From Azolla caroliniana (lineage: Eukaryota > Plantae > Polypodiophyta): a stretch of DNA of 64,000 bases. The DNA is taken from positions 14,632,001 through 14,696,000 of the forward strand of contig JBHGNT010000008.1 of NCBI GenBank assembly GCA_043228905.1, read 5' to 3'. Below, one piece after another: positions 63,401 to 64,000 of the stretch. Under the pieces are notes generated by a model. It saw only the letters and a list, made by a program, of their open reading frames with translations. It ran no database searches and was not told where the DNA came from. The position numbers and the translations under genes were made by a program. The first letter of the stretch is position 1. Each line of letters starts with the position of its first letter.

Positions 63401-64000
63401 GAGGGTGATCTATTTATCACATATGTCGCCGTCGACAATGCCTCAGCCCAAAACTTTTTGGGTAGCTTTGCATGCGCTAGCATACTCCGGACCCTCTCAA
63501 TTATGGTCCGGTTCATCCTGTCGGCCAGTCTGTTTAGTTCCGGCGTCTTCGGCATGGTAAATTCGAGCCGGATTCCCTTCGAGCGACAGTACTCCTCGAA
63601 CTGCCCCCGGTATTCTCCTCCGTTATCTGCTCGAACCGCCTTCAGCTTCCGACCGGTTTCTCTTTCCACTCTCGCGTGGAGCTCTTTGAAGATGGATAAC
63701 ACCTGATCCTTCGTCTTCAACGGTGTGGCCCACAACTTCCGGCTGTGGTCATCTATGAATGTCACGAAGTACTGCACTCCGGCATGTGACTTTGTGTCTA
63801 CTTGACACACATCCGTATGCACCAACTCCAGTGGTGCATTATGTCTCATCGGTGGCCTTGGTCGGAAGGAGGTCCGGTTCTGCTTACCGGCTAGACAATT
63901 AGTGCACTTCTCTAAGTGCACGTTCTTCACTAGAATGAGGTTGTCGTCTGCAAGCCTTTTCATCCCCTTCTCGCTCATATGACACAGCCTCTTGTGCCAC
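60471..64000 (-). mobile_element. Copia E (same family as A): 3' LTR 60471-61279, PPT, RH-RT-INT; continues beyond the window
   Basis: PPT at 61282-61291; ORFs nearly identical to copia A pol; inserted antisense into an LTR of its own family. Confidence 0.96.
60957..61195 (-). repeat. 54-bp tandem repeat (about 4.5 copies) in the copia E LTR
   Basis: Unit CCGGCTCTCCGTAGCCGGGTACTCCTCATCCGGTTCACACCGGGTCTGCACCAT. Confidence 0.9.

Overview
Repeat-dense plant nuclear DNA. A fern or other non-seed plant is inferred from Tcn1-like chromoviruses, RTEX-like LINEs and a heavily edited mitochondrial fragment. Only one apparently intact host gene is present: a 3-exon COMT-type O-methyltransferase (11162-12674) followed by tandem copies of its last exon. 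The rest is deeply nested mobile DNA: Ty1/copia elements, chromodomain Ty3/gypsy elements, several solo LTRs, LINEs and two non-autonomous LTR elements. One copia gag-pol is split at 26712/52438 by a ~25.7 kb insert bounded by short imperfect CCCCGGGG inverted repeats. That insert carries host-gene cargo: an intronless RPL15 copy, unedited mitochondrial nad4L, SAM synthetase and PPR fragments, and a possible conserved-protein fragment. Inside it, an LTR element (27113-30053) has a tRNA-Arg PBS and, instead of a polypurine tract, the sense-strand tRNA-Arg 3' end abutting its 3' LTR. All assignments come from reading the sequence by eye and from recalled family consensus sequences; no searches were run.
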